From NCBI GenBank assembly GCA_050874785.1, contig JBNMLJ010000002.1:37278-101277 (forward strand): DNA of 64,000 nt. The letters run 5' to 3'. Position numbers and translations under genes: made by a program. Positions 19,589 through 30,300 of this stretch are shown here, piece by piece (position 1 is the first letter of the stretch; every line of letters starts with the position of its first letter). This stretch comes from Lachnospira sp. Its GTDB lineage: Bacteria; Bacillota; Clostridia; Lachnospirales; Lachnospiraceae. The notes beneath the pieces are model-generated. The model was not told where the DNA came from and did not search any database. It saw only the letters and a list, made by a program, of their open reading frames with translations.

Positions 19589-20416
19589 TTATTTCCCATT
19601 TTCCGCCAGCCCCTTAACATACTCAATCACCCTCTTGGAAATCTTCACACTATTATAAGTAGCCGCATAAGTAATATGCGATATATCCTCAATATAATTT
19701 CTCGTATAACTCACCGGAAACACCGGCTCTAACATATCAGCCACCTTATTATAAGCGATAGCCGCCTCATATTCTGCCCCATACGTACCTATTATAAAAT
19801 CCCCATTAATGTGAATTCTGCTCTGGAACATTATACGTCCGTTTTTTTCAATCTGGCTCACGCCATTATATTTATTGACAACACACACATTTTCATATCT
19901 GAAATCGTGTTCGTCATTATTCCTGAAAATGTAATCTTTTCCCTTAACTGAATGACTGCGTATTCCAAATCTTGATAAAATGCTTGTCTGCATACCATAA
20001 TCATTTACAAAATAATAACCGCCACGGCTCATAATTGTGTGGTGCGAATAATAGAAAAGGTCATCAATGGAAAATATAAGGGTATTCCCCGGCTCAAGAA
20101 AATACAGAAATGCCTTGTCGCACAGGTATATAGGTGTTTTAATATATATGCCATTGTCACGGAAATTAATAAGGCTTATGAACTTAGAATAAGGAAAATT
20201 AATATGACATTCGGCATAAGATGAAGTATGAAGGTCAATATCAACATAATATACATCAGGCTTTAAGAGTATATCACAAGCAGTACAATAAGCCTGTGAG
20301 GCTGTATTTTCATCATCATAGCTTCCAATGCTTATATGTTTATTCTTATATGTTATTGAAACCCTGTAGTATACAGAGCCGTCTTTTTTGCTGGTCTTGT
20401 AAACACCTTTAGCCAA
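19589..20416 (-). CDS. Putative DNA-binding protein with two AP2-like domains
   Basis: N-terminus: KGVYKTSKKDGSVYYRVSITYKNKHISIGSYDDENTASQAY. C-terminus: YNGVSQIEKNGRIMFQSRIHINGDFIIGTYGAEYEAAIAYN. Both fit the bacterial/phage AP2 pattern (GV..W/YR....G..I.LG.F....A..AY). TTG start after AAAGGAG. Confidence 0.55.
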   Translation of the reverse strand: MAKGVYKTSKKDGSVYYRVSITYKNKHISIGSYDDENTASQAYCTACDILLKPDVYYVDIDLHTSSYAECHINFPYSKFISLINFRDNGIYIKTPIYLCDKAFLYFLEPGNTLIFSIDDLFYYSHHTIMSRGGYYFVNDYGMQTSILSRFGIRSHSVKGKDYIFRNNDEHDFRYENVCVVNKYNGVSQIEKNGRIMFQSRIHINGDFIIGTYGAEYEAAIAYNKVADMLEPVFPVSYTRNYIEDISHITYAATYNSVKISKRVIEYVKGLAENGK

Positions 20417-20857
20417 GTTGTGGGTTCTCCTTTAACGTGTTTTAATTATTATAATATGCCGGATTTCAGAAAGTGGTTAGATTTACTGTTCTCCTTTAAT
20501 GTATCTAGATTATTATTCTATCATATATTAGTGATATGTTACCTTGATTTTATAATTAATACATTGCTGTCTTAATAATATTGTATATATTAGTTAGCCA
20601 GAAATTGTCTAATATTTATCAATCCTATAAATTATATGATAAAATTAGTAATAATTCAATATACCTATTGTTTTTCGTATCATTCCTGTTGTATAATGAT
20701 TTCTGTTTAAAGCATTTTTAACAGGAATCCAGTTAGTGATGAGAAAGCTGTTCCATTTGCCGGATGTTGTTCTGGCAGGTACATATGTATGTGGGAGACG
20801 GTAATACATCAGCTTGACTGTGGTTCACCCCAATAAAATAAGAAGGTGGAATAAGAG

Positions 20858-22345
20858 ATGAGTTTATTTTACAGAAGTACAAGGGATGATAGTGTAAGAG
20901 TAACAGCCTCACAGGCTATATTAAAGGGACTTGCTCCAGATGGTGGATTATTCGTACCAGAATCTATTCCTTCATTAGATAAGAGCTTAGAAGAACTTTC
21001 AAAGATGTCTTATAAGGAAGTTGCTTATGAAGTTATGAAGCTTATGCTTGATGACTTTACAGAAGAAGAGTTAAAGAACTGTATTGACAAAGCTTATGAT
21101 TCTAAGTTTGATACTGAAGAGATTGCACCATTAGTTAAGGCAGAGGGCGCATATTTCTTAGAGTTATTCCATGGTGCAACTATTGCATTCAAGGATATGG
21201 CTTTATCTATATTACCACACTTACTTACAACATCAGCTAAGAAGAATGATGTTAAAAATGAAATAGTAATACTTACAGCAACATCAGGAGATACAGGTAA
21301 AGCAGCTCTTGCAGGTTTTGCAGATGTTCCAGGAACAAGAATTGTTGTATTCTATCCTAAGAACGGCGTAAGCCCTATTCAGGAAAAGCAGATGGTTACA
21401 CAGAAGGGTGCTAACACTCACGTAATCGGAATTAAGGGTAACTTTGATGATGCACAGACAGGTGTTAAAAATATATTTGGCGATAAGGAACTTGAAAAGG
21501 TTATGAACAATGCCGGTTTCCAGTTCTCATCAGCTAATTCAATCAATATAGGACGTCTTGTTCCACAGATTGTATATTATGTATACGCATATGCAAGACT
21601 TCTTGCTAACGGAGAAATCAAGGCAGGCGAAAAGATTAATGCAGTAGTTCCTACAGGTAATTTTGGTAATATCCTTGCTGCATTTTATGCTAAGAATATG
21701 GGACTTCCTATTAATAAGCTTATATGCGCTTCTAATGAGAATAAGGTATTATACGATTTCTTTACAACAGGTGAGTATGACAGAAACAGAGATTTCGTTC
21801 TTACAACATCACCATCTATGGATATTCTTATCTCAAGCAACCTTGAAAGACTTATCTATAGAATAGCAGGCAACAGTGCTGAGAAGAACAGCGAGCTTAT
21901 GGCTTCGCTTAAAGAAACAGGCAAGTATGAGATTACTGCTGATATGAAGGCACAGCTTTCAGATTTCTATGGCAACTATGCTACAGAGGCAGAAGATGCT
22001 GCTACTATAAAGGATTTATATGAAACTTGCGGATATGTTATAGATACACATACAGCAGTAGCTGCTACAGTTTATAACAAGTACAAGGCAGACACTAAGG
22101 ACGAAACTAAGACAGTTATAGCATCAACAGCAAGTCCATACAAGTTCACAAGAAGCGTAATGGAAGCAATCGACCCTAAGTATGCTTCAATGGGTGACTT
22201 TGAACTTGTAGACAAGTTAAGCGAACTTGCCAAAGTAAAAGTTCCTAACGCTATCGAAGAAATCAGAACAGCTCCAGTCCTCCACAACACAGTATGTGAA
22301 GTAAGCGAGATGACCAATGAAGTAAAGAAATTCTTAGGAATATAA
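20858..22345 (+). CDS. thrC: Threonine synthase
   Basis: FHGATIAFKDMAL carries the PLP lysine. TATSGDTGKAA and the overall 495-aa architecture also fit ThrC. Confidence 0.95.
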   Translation: MSLFYRSTRDDSVRVTASQAILKGLAPDGGLFVPESIPSLDKSLEELSKMSYKEVAYEVMKLMLDDFTEEELKNCIDKAYDSKFDTEEIAPLVKAEGAYFLELFHGATIAFKDMALSILPHLLTTSAKKNDVKNEIVILTATSGDTGKAALAGFADVPGTRIVVFYPKNGVSPIQEKQMVTQKGANTHVIGIKGNFDDAQTGVKNIFGDKELEKVMNNAGFQFSSANSINIGRLVPQIVYYVYAYARLLANGEIKAGEKINAVVPTGNFGNILAAFYAKNMGLPINKLICASNENKVLYDFFTTGEYDRNRDFVLTTSPSMDILISSNLERLIYRIAGNSAEKNSELMASLKETGKYEITADMKAQLSDFYGNYATEAEDAATIKDLYETCGYVIDTHTAVAATVYNKYKADTKDETKTVIASTASPYKFTRSVMEAIDPKYASMGDFELVDKLSELAKVKVPNAIEEIRTAPVLHNTVCEVSEMTNEVKKFLGI

Positions 22346-22389
22346 TTTAATCCTCAGTAATTTCTATTAAGAATAATTCCAACCCCAAT

Positions 22390-22440
22390 AAAACTGCTGT
22401 GTAAATCAGGCAAATCCCCAGATTTACACAGCAGTTTTTT
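22390..22440 (+). terminator. Rho-independent terminator of thrC
   Basis: AAAACTGCTGTGTAAATC (22390-22407) pairs with GATTTACACAGCAGTTTT (22421-22438) and runs into a T tract. Confidence 0.9.
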
Positions 22441-22720
22441 ATTTAATAGGAAATTCGACTTATAGGACAAAATGTGTTGATAGAAACCGCTCTCAGCGAG
22501 GGAATGTGCGTTGCCCATTATATATATTTTTTTAGAACATTTGAATTTATATTCCCAGTAAAGCCAATCAATATGGCTTGTTCTAATGGCTGTAGTTATA
22601 TTTATATTATATTATATAGATGTAACTGCATTAGATAATTATAGTTATTGCAGATGCAGCATCCAAATTTAATGTATATCTCTGTTAATCATACATATAT
22701 GTAAAAATTGAAAAAATCAG

Positions 22721-22980
22721 ACATAACTCATATGCACAGCGCGGCGGTGGTGGTGCGAAGCGGCACTTTTGAAAGCAGATTGTGATATTTCTTAGACTTT
22801 CCAACATCACCCAGCAACCATCGCACACGGATGTGCGATGGAGCGAATACGCAACAGGACGTTGCGTCTGAGCGTTTGCGTCCCTCATAACCACAACAAA
22901 AGGAAAGTCTTAGAAATACCCAATCAGCTTTCTAGTGCCCGAAGCCCCACCACCGCCGCGCTGTGCATATGAGCTATGTC
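22721..22980. repeat. 260-bp GC-rich imperfect palindrome (long hairpin element)
   Basis: The 34-nt arms at 22721-22754 and 22947-22980 are complementary with one mismatch. The next ~45 nt on each side are imperfectly complementary. The centre contains two short hairpins, CATCGCACA/TGTGCGATG and ACGCAAC/GTTGCGT. Confidence 0.85.
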
Positions 22981-23175
22981 GTCCGTAAGTTTTTAATATT
23001 AATATTTATATTTATATTTATATTTGTATATATATTCAACCCACTCTAAATCTAACAACCACATTCCCCACTCTCATCTCCAAACACTTAATAAAGTTTA
23101 TAATTTATTTATACAAAAAAATCAAATTAATTGTTGACATCCCCCTTGCAAAGTGATACCTTAATTATGTTGATA

Positions 23176-23202
23176 TTAGCACTCCCAATTATTGAGTGCT
23201 AA
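23176..23202 (+). promoter_or_regulatory. CIRCE operator (HrcA binding site) upstream of hrcA
   Basis: Perfect TTAGCACTC-N9-GAGTGCTAA. A TTGACA -35-like hexamer lies at 23134-23139. Confidence 0.95.
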
Positions 23203-23225
23203 CAACAAAGAAAAGGAGGTATGTC

Positions 23226-24326
23226 ATGGAGCTTGATGAACAGCTTGATGAGCGTAAAGTAAAGATACTTAAAGCAATCATTAAGAACTACTTAGAAACA
23301 GGTGAGCCGGTTGGTTCAAGAACGATATCTAAGTTTACAGACATGAAGCTTAGTTCCGCAACAATAAGGAATGAGATGGCAGACCTGGAAGAGCTTGGTT
23401 ATATAGTTCAGCCACATACATCAGCAGGAAGAATTCCTACAGATAAAGGCTACAGATTATATGTAGACGATTTGATGTCTGAGAAAGAACAGAACATAAC
23501 CCATAGAGAGAATGAGGTTGCTGTTAAAGAACAGGAATTAAGTTCAATGAAGGATATGTTAGGTGAGAAGGTTGAGAAGGTAGAAGAGCTTCTTCAGAAT
23601 GTTGCCAAGGTTCTTGCCAAAGATACTAATTATGCAACTATGGTAACAACACCTAAGGTAACAGGCAATAAGCTTAAGTTCGTCCAGTTATCACAGCTTG
23701 AAGCCAATAAGATATTAGCCGTAATAGTTATGGAAGGTAATCTTATAAGGAATAAGGTGATAACAGTAAGCGAGGATTTGTCACAGGAGAATTTGTTAAA
23801 GCTTAACATTCTTCTTAATACAACACTTACAGGACTTACTCTTGAACAGATGAATTTGAGCATTGTTTCAAAAATGGAAAATCAGGCAGGAGAACATATT
23901 AATCTTGTCAAAGAAGTTCTTGATGCAATTGTTGATACAATAAGCAGCGCAGATGATTTAAAGATATATACAAGCGGTGTAACCAACATTTTCAAGTATC
24001 CAGAACTTAGTGATTCAACCAAAGCCAGTGAGCTTATATATGCCTTGGAGGAAAAGCAGAGTCTGTCAGATCTTGTTGTTGATGATGACAATAGTGTTGA
24101 TAAACAGGACAGCAGTTCCAACAATGGTATTCAGGTATATATAGGAAATGAAACACCGATTGAATCTATGAAAGACTGTAGCGTTGTAACAGCAACATAT
24201 GAATTACAGGATGGAATGAAGGGTACAATTGGTATTATTGGTCCAAAGCGTATGGATTATGAAAAGGTTGTAGAAACCTTGAAGAATATGAGAACGCAGT
24301 TGGATGATGTATTCAAGAAATCATAG
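23226..24326 (+). CDS. hrcA: Heat-inducible transcription repressor HrcA
   Basis: ERKVKILKAIIKNYLETGEPVGSRTISK is the HrcA N-terminal winged helix. The gene lies directly downstream of CIRCE. The ATG at 23226 follows AAAGGAGG. Confidence 0.9.
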   Translation: MELDEQLDERKVKILKAIIKNYLETGEPVGSRTISKFTDMKLSSATIRNEMADLEELGYIVQPHTSAGRIPTDKGYRLYVDDLMSEKEQNITHRENEVAVKEQELSSMKDMLGEKVEKVEELLQNVAKVLAKDTNYATMVTTPKVTGNKLKFVQLSQLEANKILAVIVMEGNLIRNKVITVSEDLSQENLLKLNILLNTTLTGLTLEQMNLSIVSKMENQAGEHINLVKEVLDAIVDTISSADDLKIYTSGVTNIFKYPELSDSTKASELIYALEEKQSLSDLVVDDDNSVDKQDSSSNNGIQVYIGNETPIESMKDCSVVTATYELQDGMKGTIGIIGPKRMDYEKVVETLKNMRTQLDDVFKKS

Positions 24327-24343
24327 AAAGGTGAGGAGATAAG

Positions 24344-24985
24344 GTGTCTAAGAAAGATAATAACATTAATAATGTTGATGAAGCAGATGTTAATATTAAT
24401 GATACAGATGTTACATCAGATACAGATAAAGACGCTGATACTGTAGAAGCTCAGGGCTCGTCTGACGCAGATGTGAAGGCAGAGAAATCTGACAACGCAA
24501 GTGATGCGGAAGGAGCGGAGGAAACAGTTGATATAAATAATAAAAAGGACCAGAAGGACGCTGTGATTGAGGATTTACAAGATCGTTTGAAGCGTCAGAT
24601 GGCTGAGTTTGACAACTACAGAAAGCGTACTGACAAAGAAAAGTCAGCAATGTTTGAAATGGGAGCTTCGGATGTAGTAAAGAAACTTCTTCCGATAGTA
24701 GATAATTTTGAACGTGGCTTTAAGTCAGTGACAGAGGAAGAGTTACAAACACCATTTGCCAAAGGTATGGATATGGTTTACAAGCAGACAATTAAGATGC
24801 TTGAAGACTTACAGGTTAAGCCAATCGAGGCAGTTGGTTCAGAGTTTAATCCTGAATTCCATAATGCAGTTATGCACGTGGAAGATGACTCTCAGGGCGA
24901 GAATATTATCGTTGAAGAGTTCGAGAAGGGTTACACATATAGAGATGTGGTTATCCGCCACAGTATGGTAAAGGTTGCTAACTAA
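24344..24985 (+). CDS. grpE: Nucleotide exchange factor GrpE
   Basis: AEFDNYRKRTDKE and LLPIVDNFERG motifs, preceded by an acidic N-terminal extension. GTG start. Confidence 0.9.
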   Translation: MSKKDNNINNVDEADVNINDTDVTSDTDKDADTVEAQGSSDADVKAEKSDNASDAEGAEETVDINNKKDQKDAVIEDLQDRLKRQMAEFDNYRKRTDKEKSAMFEMGASDVVKKLLPIVDNFERGFKSVTEEELQTPFAKGMDMVYKQTIKMLEDLQVKPIEAVGSEFNPEFHNAVMHVEDDSQGENIIVEEFEKGYTYRDVVIRHSMVKVAN

Positions 24986-25154
24986 TACATCAGAATATTT
25001 AGTTGATGTATAATGGTATGAGCTTTTACCAGAAGTAAAGTATGTGGACAGTTGTGATATAGAAAGAAGCCGTTTACAGGCTTAGGGCTTATCAGAACAA
25101 TACACATACTTGTAACAAATAGAATTGATATTATTAAACAGTATGTCTATATAA

Positions 25155-27062
<1,908 letters not shown>

Positions 27063-27255
27063 TTAAGTGATATATATGATTGTATCTATGATTATTGAAG
27101 GTTATAATATCAGAGTTAATGTAATTAACAATGATTAATTATGGAGTTATACAAAGACTTCTTAAGACTTGACAATTATAGATGAAATCAGAAAGGAAGT
27201 CAGGACTCATATCAGAGTACCTGACTCCTTTCGGGTATAGAAAGGCGGAACCTAT

Positions 27256-28386
27256 ATGGCAGAAAAGAGAGATTATTACGAAGTCCTTGGTGTGCCTAAG
27301 GACGCAGATGATGCAGCGATTAAAAAAGCATATAGACAGTTAGCTAAGAAGTATCACCCTGATATGAATCCGGGAGATAAAGAGGCTGAGGCTAAGTTTA
27401 AGGAAGCATCAGAAGCATATGCAGTTCTTAGTGATGCAGACAAGAGAAGACAGTATGACCAGTTCGGACACGCAGCATTTGAAGGCGGCGCAGGTGGAGC
27501 TGGCGGTGGCGGCTTTGATTTTGACTTCGGTGATATGGGCGATATATTTGGTGATATATTCGGTGGTATGTTCGGAGGCGGTTCAAGCAGCAGACGTAAC
27601 AGCAACGGACCAAGACGTGGTGCAGATATAAGAGTTAATGTAAGAATTACATTTGCTGAGTCAGTTACAGGAACTAAGAAGAAGATAGATGTAACACTTA
27701 AGGACGAATGTTCTAAGTGTCACGGAACAGGTGCAAAGCCGGGAACAAGTCCTGAAACTTGTAAGAAATGTGGCGGACGTGGACAGGTAACAGTAACACA
27801 GCAGTCATTCCTTGGAATGATGAGAAGCGTACAACCTTGCCCAGATTGTCACGGAACAGGTAAGATTGTTAAAGAAAAGTGTCCAGACTGCTATGGAACA
27901 GGTTATATAAGCAGCAAGAAGACAATTGAAGTTAATATACCAGCTGGTATTGATAATGGACAGTGTGTCCGTATTCAGGGCAAGGGCGAGCCAGGTACTA
28001 ATGGTGGTCCAAGAGGCGATTTATTAGTAGCTGTAATGATATCAGCAGATCCAGCATTTGAAAGAGATGGATATAACATTTTCTCAGATGTTGTAATAAG
28101 CTATCCTACAGCAGTTCTTGGCGGAGAAGTCAAGGTAAAGACTGTTGATGGTGAAGTTATATATGAAGTTAAGCCGGGAACAGCTTCTGGTACAAGAGTA
28201 AGGCTCAGAGGCAAAGGTATGCCAACATTAAGAAATCCTCAGACAAGAGGAGATCATTACATTACACTTATTGTTGATATTCCTACAAAGCTTAATAATG
28301 AACAGAAGGAAGCACTTATGGCATATGATAAGGCACTTACAGGAGAGGAACATAAACATCCTAAGAAGAAGGGCTTCTTTAAATAA
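27256..28386 (+). CDS. dnaJ: Molecular chaperone DnaJ
   Basis: J domain with YHPDMNPGD (the HPD motif), a G/F-rich linker and four CxxCxGxG zinc-finger repeats. Confidence 0.97.
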   Translation: MAEKRDYYEVLGVPKDADDAAIKKAYRQLAKKYHPDMNPGDKEAEAKFKEASEAYAVLSDADKRRQYDQFGHAAFEGGAGGAGGGGFDFDFGDMGDIFGDIFGGMFGGGSSSRRNSNGPRRGADIRVNVRITFAESVTGTKKKIDVTLKDECSKCHGTGAKPGTSPETCKKCGGRGQVTVTQQSFLGMMRSVQPCPDCHGTGKIVKEKCPDCYGTGYISSKKTIEVNIPAGIDNGQCVRIQGKGEPGTNGGPRGDLLVAVMISADPAFERDGYNIFSDVVISYPTAVLGGEVKVKTVDGEVIYEVKPGTASGTRVRLRGKGMPTLRNPQTRGDHYITLIVDIPTKLNNEQKEALMAYDKALTGEEHKHPKKKGFFK

Positions 28387-28515
28387 ATGCATAAAGTTCT
28401 TATAAAAATACAAACGAAATATATCATTTCATTGTCGTTTTTAAAGAATTATGATATAATCAAAGACACTGAGAAGTATCAGTCGAATAATTAAAAGAAA
28501 GGGGCTATTATTATA

Positions 28516-29157
28516 ATGAGTAATATAGCAGATAAGTTTGAAGAACTTGGAGTAATTCCAGTAGTAGTATTGAATGATACAAAGGATGCACTTCCATTAG
28601 CTAAGGCATTAGTAGAAGGTGGTCTTCCATGTGCAGAAGTTACATTCCGTACAGAAGCAGCTGAGGAATCTATCCGTCTTATGCACGAAGCATATCCAGA
28701 TATGGTACTTGCAGCAGGTACAGTACTTACAACAGAGCAGGTTGACAGAGCTGTAGCAGCTGGTGCTTCAGTTATCGTAAGCCCAGGTTTTGATCCAGAA
28801 ATCGTTGATTACTGTATCTCTAAGAACATTCCTGTAATGCCAGGTATCGTAACACCATCTGAACTTGCTCAGGCAGTTAAGAGAGGTCTTACAAGAGTTA
28901 AATTCTTCCCAGCTACAGCAGCAGGCGGAATTAAGATGATTAAGGCTATGTGTGCAGCTTACACAACAGTAAGAATTATGCCTACAGGTGGTATCAATAC
29001 ATCTAACCTTGAAGAATTCTTATCTTGCGATAAGATCTTCTGCTGTGGTGGTTCTTGGATGGTTAAGGGCGACTTAATCAAGGCTGGAGAATTCGATAAG
29101 ATTAAGGATATGACAGCTGAGGCAGTTGCTTTAGTTAAGGAAATCCGTTCTAAGTAA
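28516..29157 (+). CDS. eda: 2-dehydro-3-deoxyphosphogluconate / 4-hydroxy-2-oxoglutarate aldolase
   Basis: Contains GVIPVVVL, GLPCAEVTFRT and KFFPA. Confidence 0.85.
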   Translation: MSNIADKFEELGVIPVVVLNDTKDALPLAKALVEGGLPCAEVTFRTEAAEESIRLMHEAYPDMVLAAGTVLTTEQVDRAVAAGASVIVSPGFDPEIVDYCISKNIPVMPGIVTPSELAQAVKRGLTRVKFFPATAAGGIKMIKAMCAAYTTVRIMPTGGINTSNLEEFLSCDKIFCCGGSWMVKGDLIKAGEFDKIKDMTAEAVALVKEIRSK

Positions 29158-29216
29158 TTAGTTCAGACTACATAATTCAGATTATCGCTAAGATGACAAT
29201 TGAATAATGTTATTTA

Positions 29217-29262
29217 AAAGGGCTTCATATATCTGTGTGACAGGTATATGAAGTCCTTTTTT
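29217..29262 (+). terminator. Rho-independent terminator of eda
   Basis: GGGCTTCATATATCTG pairs imperfectly with CAGGTATATGAAGTCC, followed by TTTTTT. Confidence 0.8.
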
Positions 29263-29270
29263 GCGTGCAT

Positions 29271-29305
29271 AATATACCTTTTAGAGTACCACATATACCC
29301 TTTGC
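29271..29305 (+). promoter_or_regulatory. Putative LytTR-regulator binding site A: two direct repeats with 21-bp phasing
   Basis: TATACCTTTT starts at 29273 and TATACCCTTT at 29294, exactly 21 bp apart. A TATAAT -10 hexamer lies at 29328-29333. Confidence 0.55.
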
Positions 29306-29402
29306 TACATATTTCATATGATATATGTATAATAAAATATGTAAATATTGACTTATAGGACAAAATGTGTTGATTAGTTAAAGGTTAAGGGAGGGGATAT
29401 CA

Positions 29403-30161
29403 GTGAGAAGGTTATATGTATTTTTGAAATATCAATATAACAATAAAATGTTGTTGTGGCTTATCATTATGTCGCTTACGTCAGTGGCATTTACATATGG
29501 AATTATAAAAGCCTTTAGTGGAGTTGTAATTACAGGCTTATGCGCAAAGGATATGCTGTTAATAGGAAGCAGCTATAATTTTCCAATATACGCGGGTATA
29601 AGCGTAGTCAAAATAATAACAGTTACTTATATAGATAACAGAGCTGATATGCTCATACGATACAATTCAAGGAAAGAAATATTTATATATCAATGTGCAT
29701 CTGCTTTGGTTACGGCATTTATTGATGTAGTAATTATGTATGCTGTAGGTGTATTTTTTGCGTATATTATGCTTGGTGTATATGATAACTGGCAGGAGAT
29801 GGGAAGCTGTTTTTACAGAATGGTGACAAGAAGGGATTTGCCGCTGGATATTGGAGTTAGTGATGTCTGCATATATTTTAATATGATAATCAGAAAGACA
29901 TTGATAATATGGCTGGTGTCAATAGCTGGTCTGTTCAGTGAAATATGGTTTAAAAAGCTTAAGACAGTTATAGTTATGGTTATATTAATATGTGCATACA
30001 GCAGAATGAGCAGTTACGGATTTATGAGATTGGATCTTAGGGTGATAGAAATGTATGATATGCCTCAGGTTATTATTAAAACAGCGATATTACTTATAAT
30101 ATGTATTGGCGTAGTGGTAACAGGTGCAGTTATGTCAAGAAAACATCAGTATTATAAATGA
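29403..30161 (+). CDS. Polytopic membrane protein, ABC-2-permease-like
   Basis: 252 aa with about six hydrophobic segments. GTG start after GGGAGGGG. First gene of the LytTR-associated cluster. Confidence 0.6.
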   Translation: MRRLYVFLKYQYNNKMLLWLIIMSLTSVAFTYGIIKAFSGVVITGLCAKDMLLIGSSYNFPIYAGISVVKIITVTYIDNRADMLIRYNSRKEIFIYQCASALVTAFIDVVIMYAVGVFFAYIMLGVYDNWQEMGSCFYRMVTRRDLPLDIGVSDVCIYFNMIIRKTLIIWLVSIAGLFSEIWFKKLKTVIVMVILICAYSRMSSYGFMRLDLRVIEMYDMPQVIIKTAILLIICIGVVVTGAVMSRKHQYYK

Positions 30162-30168
30162 TTTACAA

Positions 30169-30206
30169 GTTATACCCTTTTGAGAGCATAATATACCCAT
30201 TGCCAC
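30169..30206 (+). promoter_or_regulatory. Putative LytTR-regulator binding site B: two direct repeats with 21-bp phasing
   Basis: TATACCCTTTT starts at 30171 and TATACCCATT at 30192, exactly 21 bp apart, with the same flanks as site A (..TTTnGAGAG.. and ..TTGCnACA). A TAATAT -10-like hexamer lies at 30228-30233. Confidence 0.55.
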
Positions 30207-30300
30207 AAAAGCATTATTAAAGGGTGTAATATACCAATATGTGAAGAATAATATAATGTCAAAGAAGCTTAATAAGGGCGGTATACAAGGGAGGATTGCT

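Noticed and set aside
18718-22345. The leuD-thrC interval as a bona fide mobile element or genomic island
   Set aside because: No transposase, integrase, recombinase or clear terminal direct repeats are present. I report only the repeats and the AP2-like gene, and treat the mobile-remnant idea as a hypothesis.
22685-22894. 69-aa ORF inside the 260-bp palindrome
   Set aside because: It has no RBS. The Pro/Cys/Arg-rich sequence is produced by the GC-rich hairpin arms, so the palindrome itself explains the open frame.
23002-23025. (ATATTT)x4 microsatellite upstream of the hrcA promoter
   Set aside because: This is a short AT-rich simple repeat in AT-rich spacer, with nothing to suggest function beyond possible DNA curvature.
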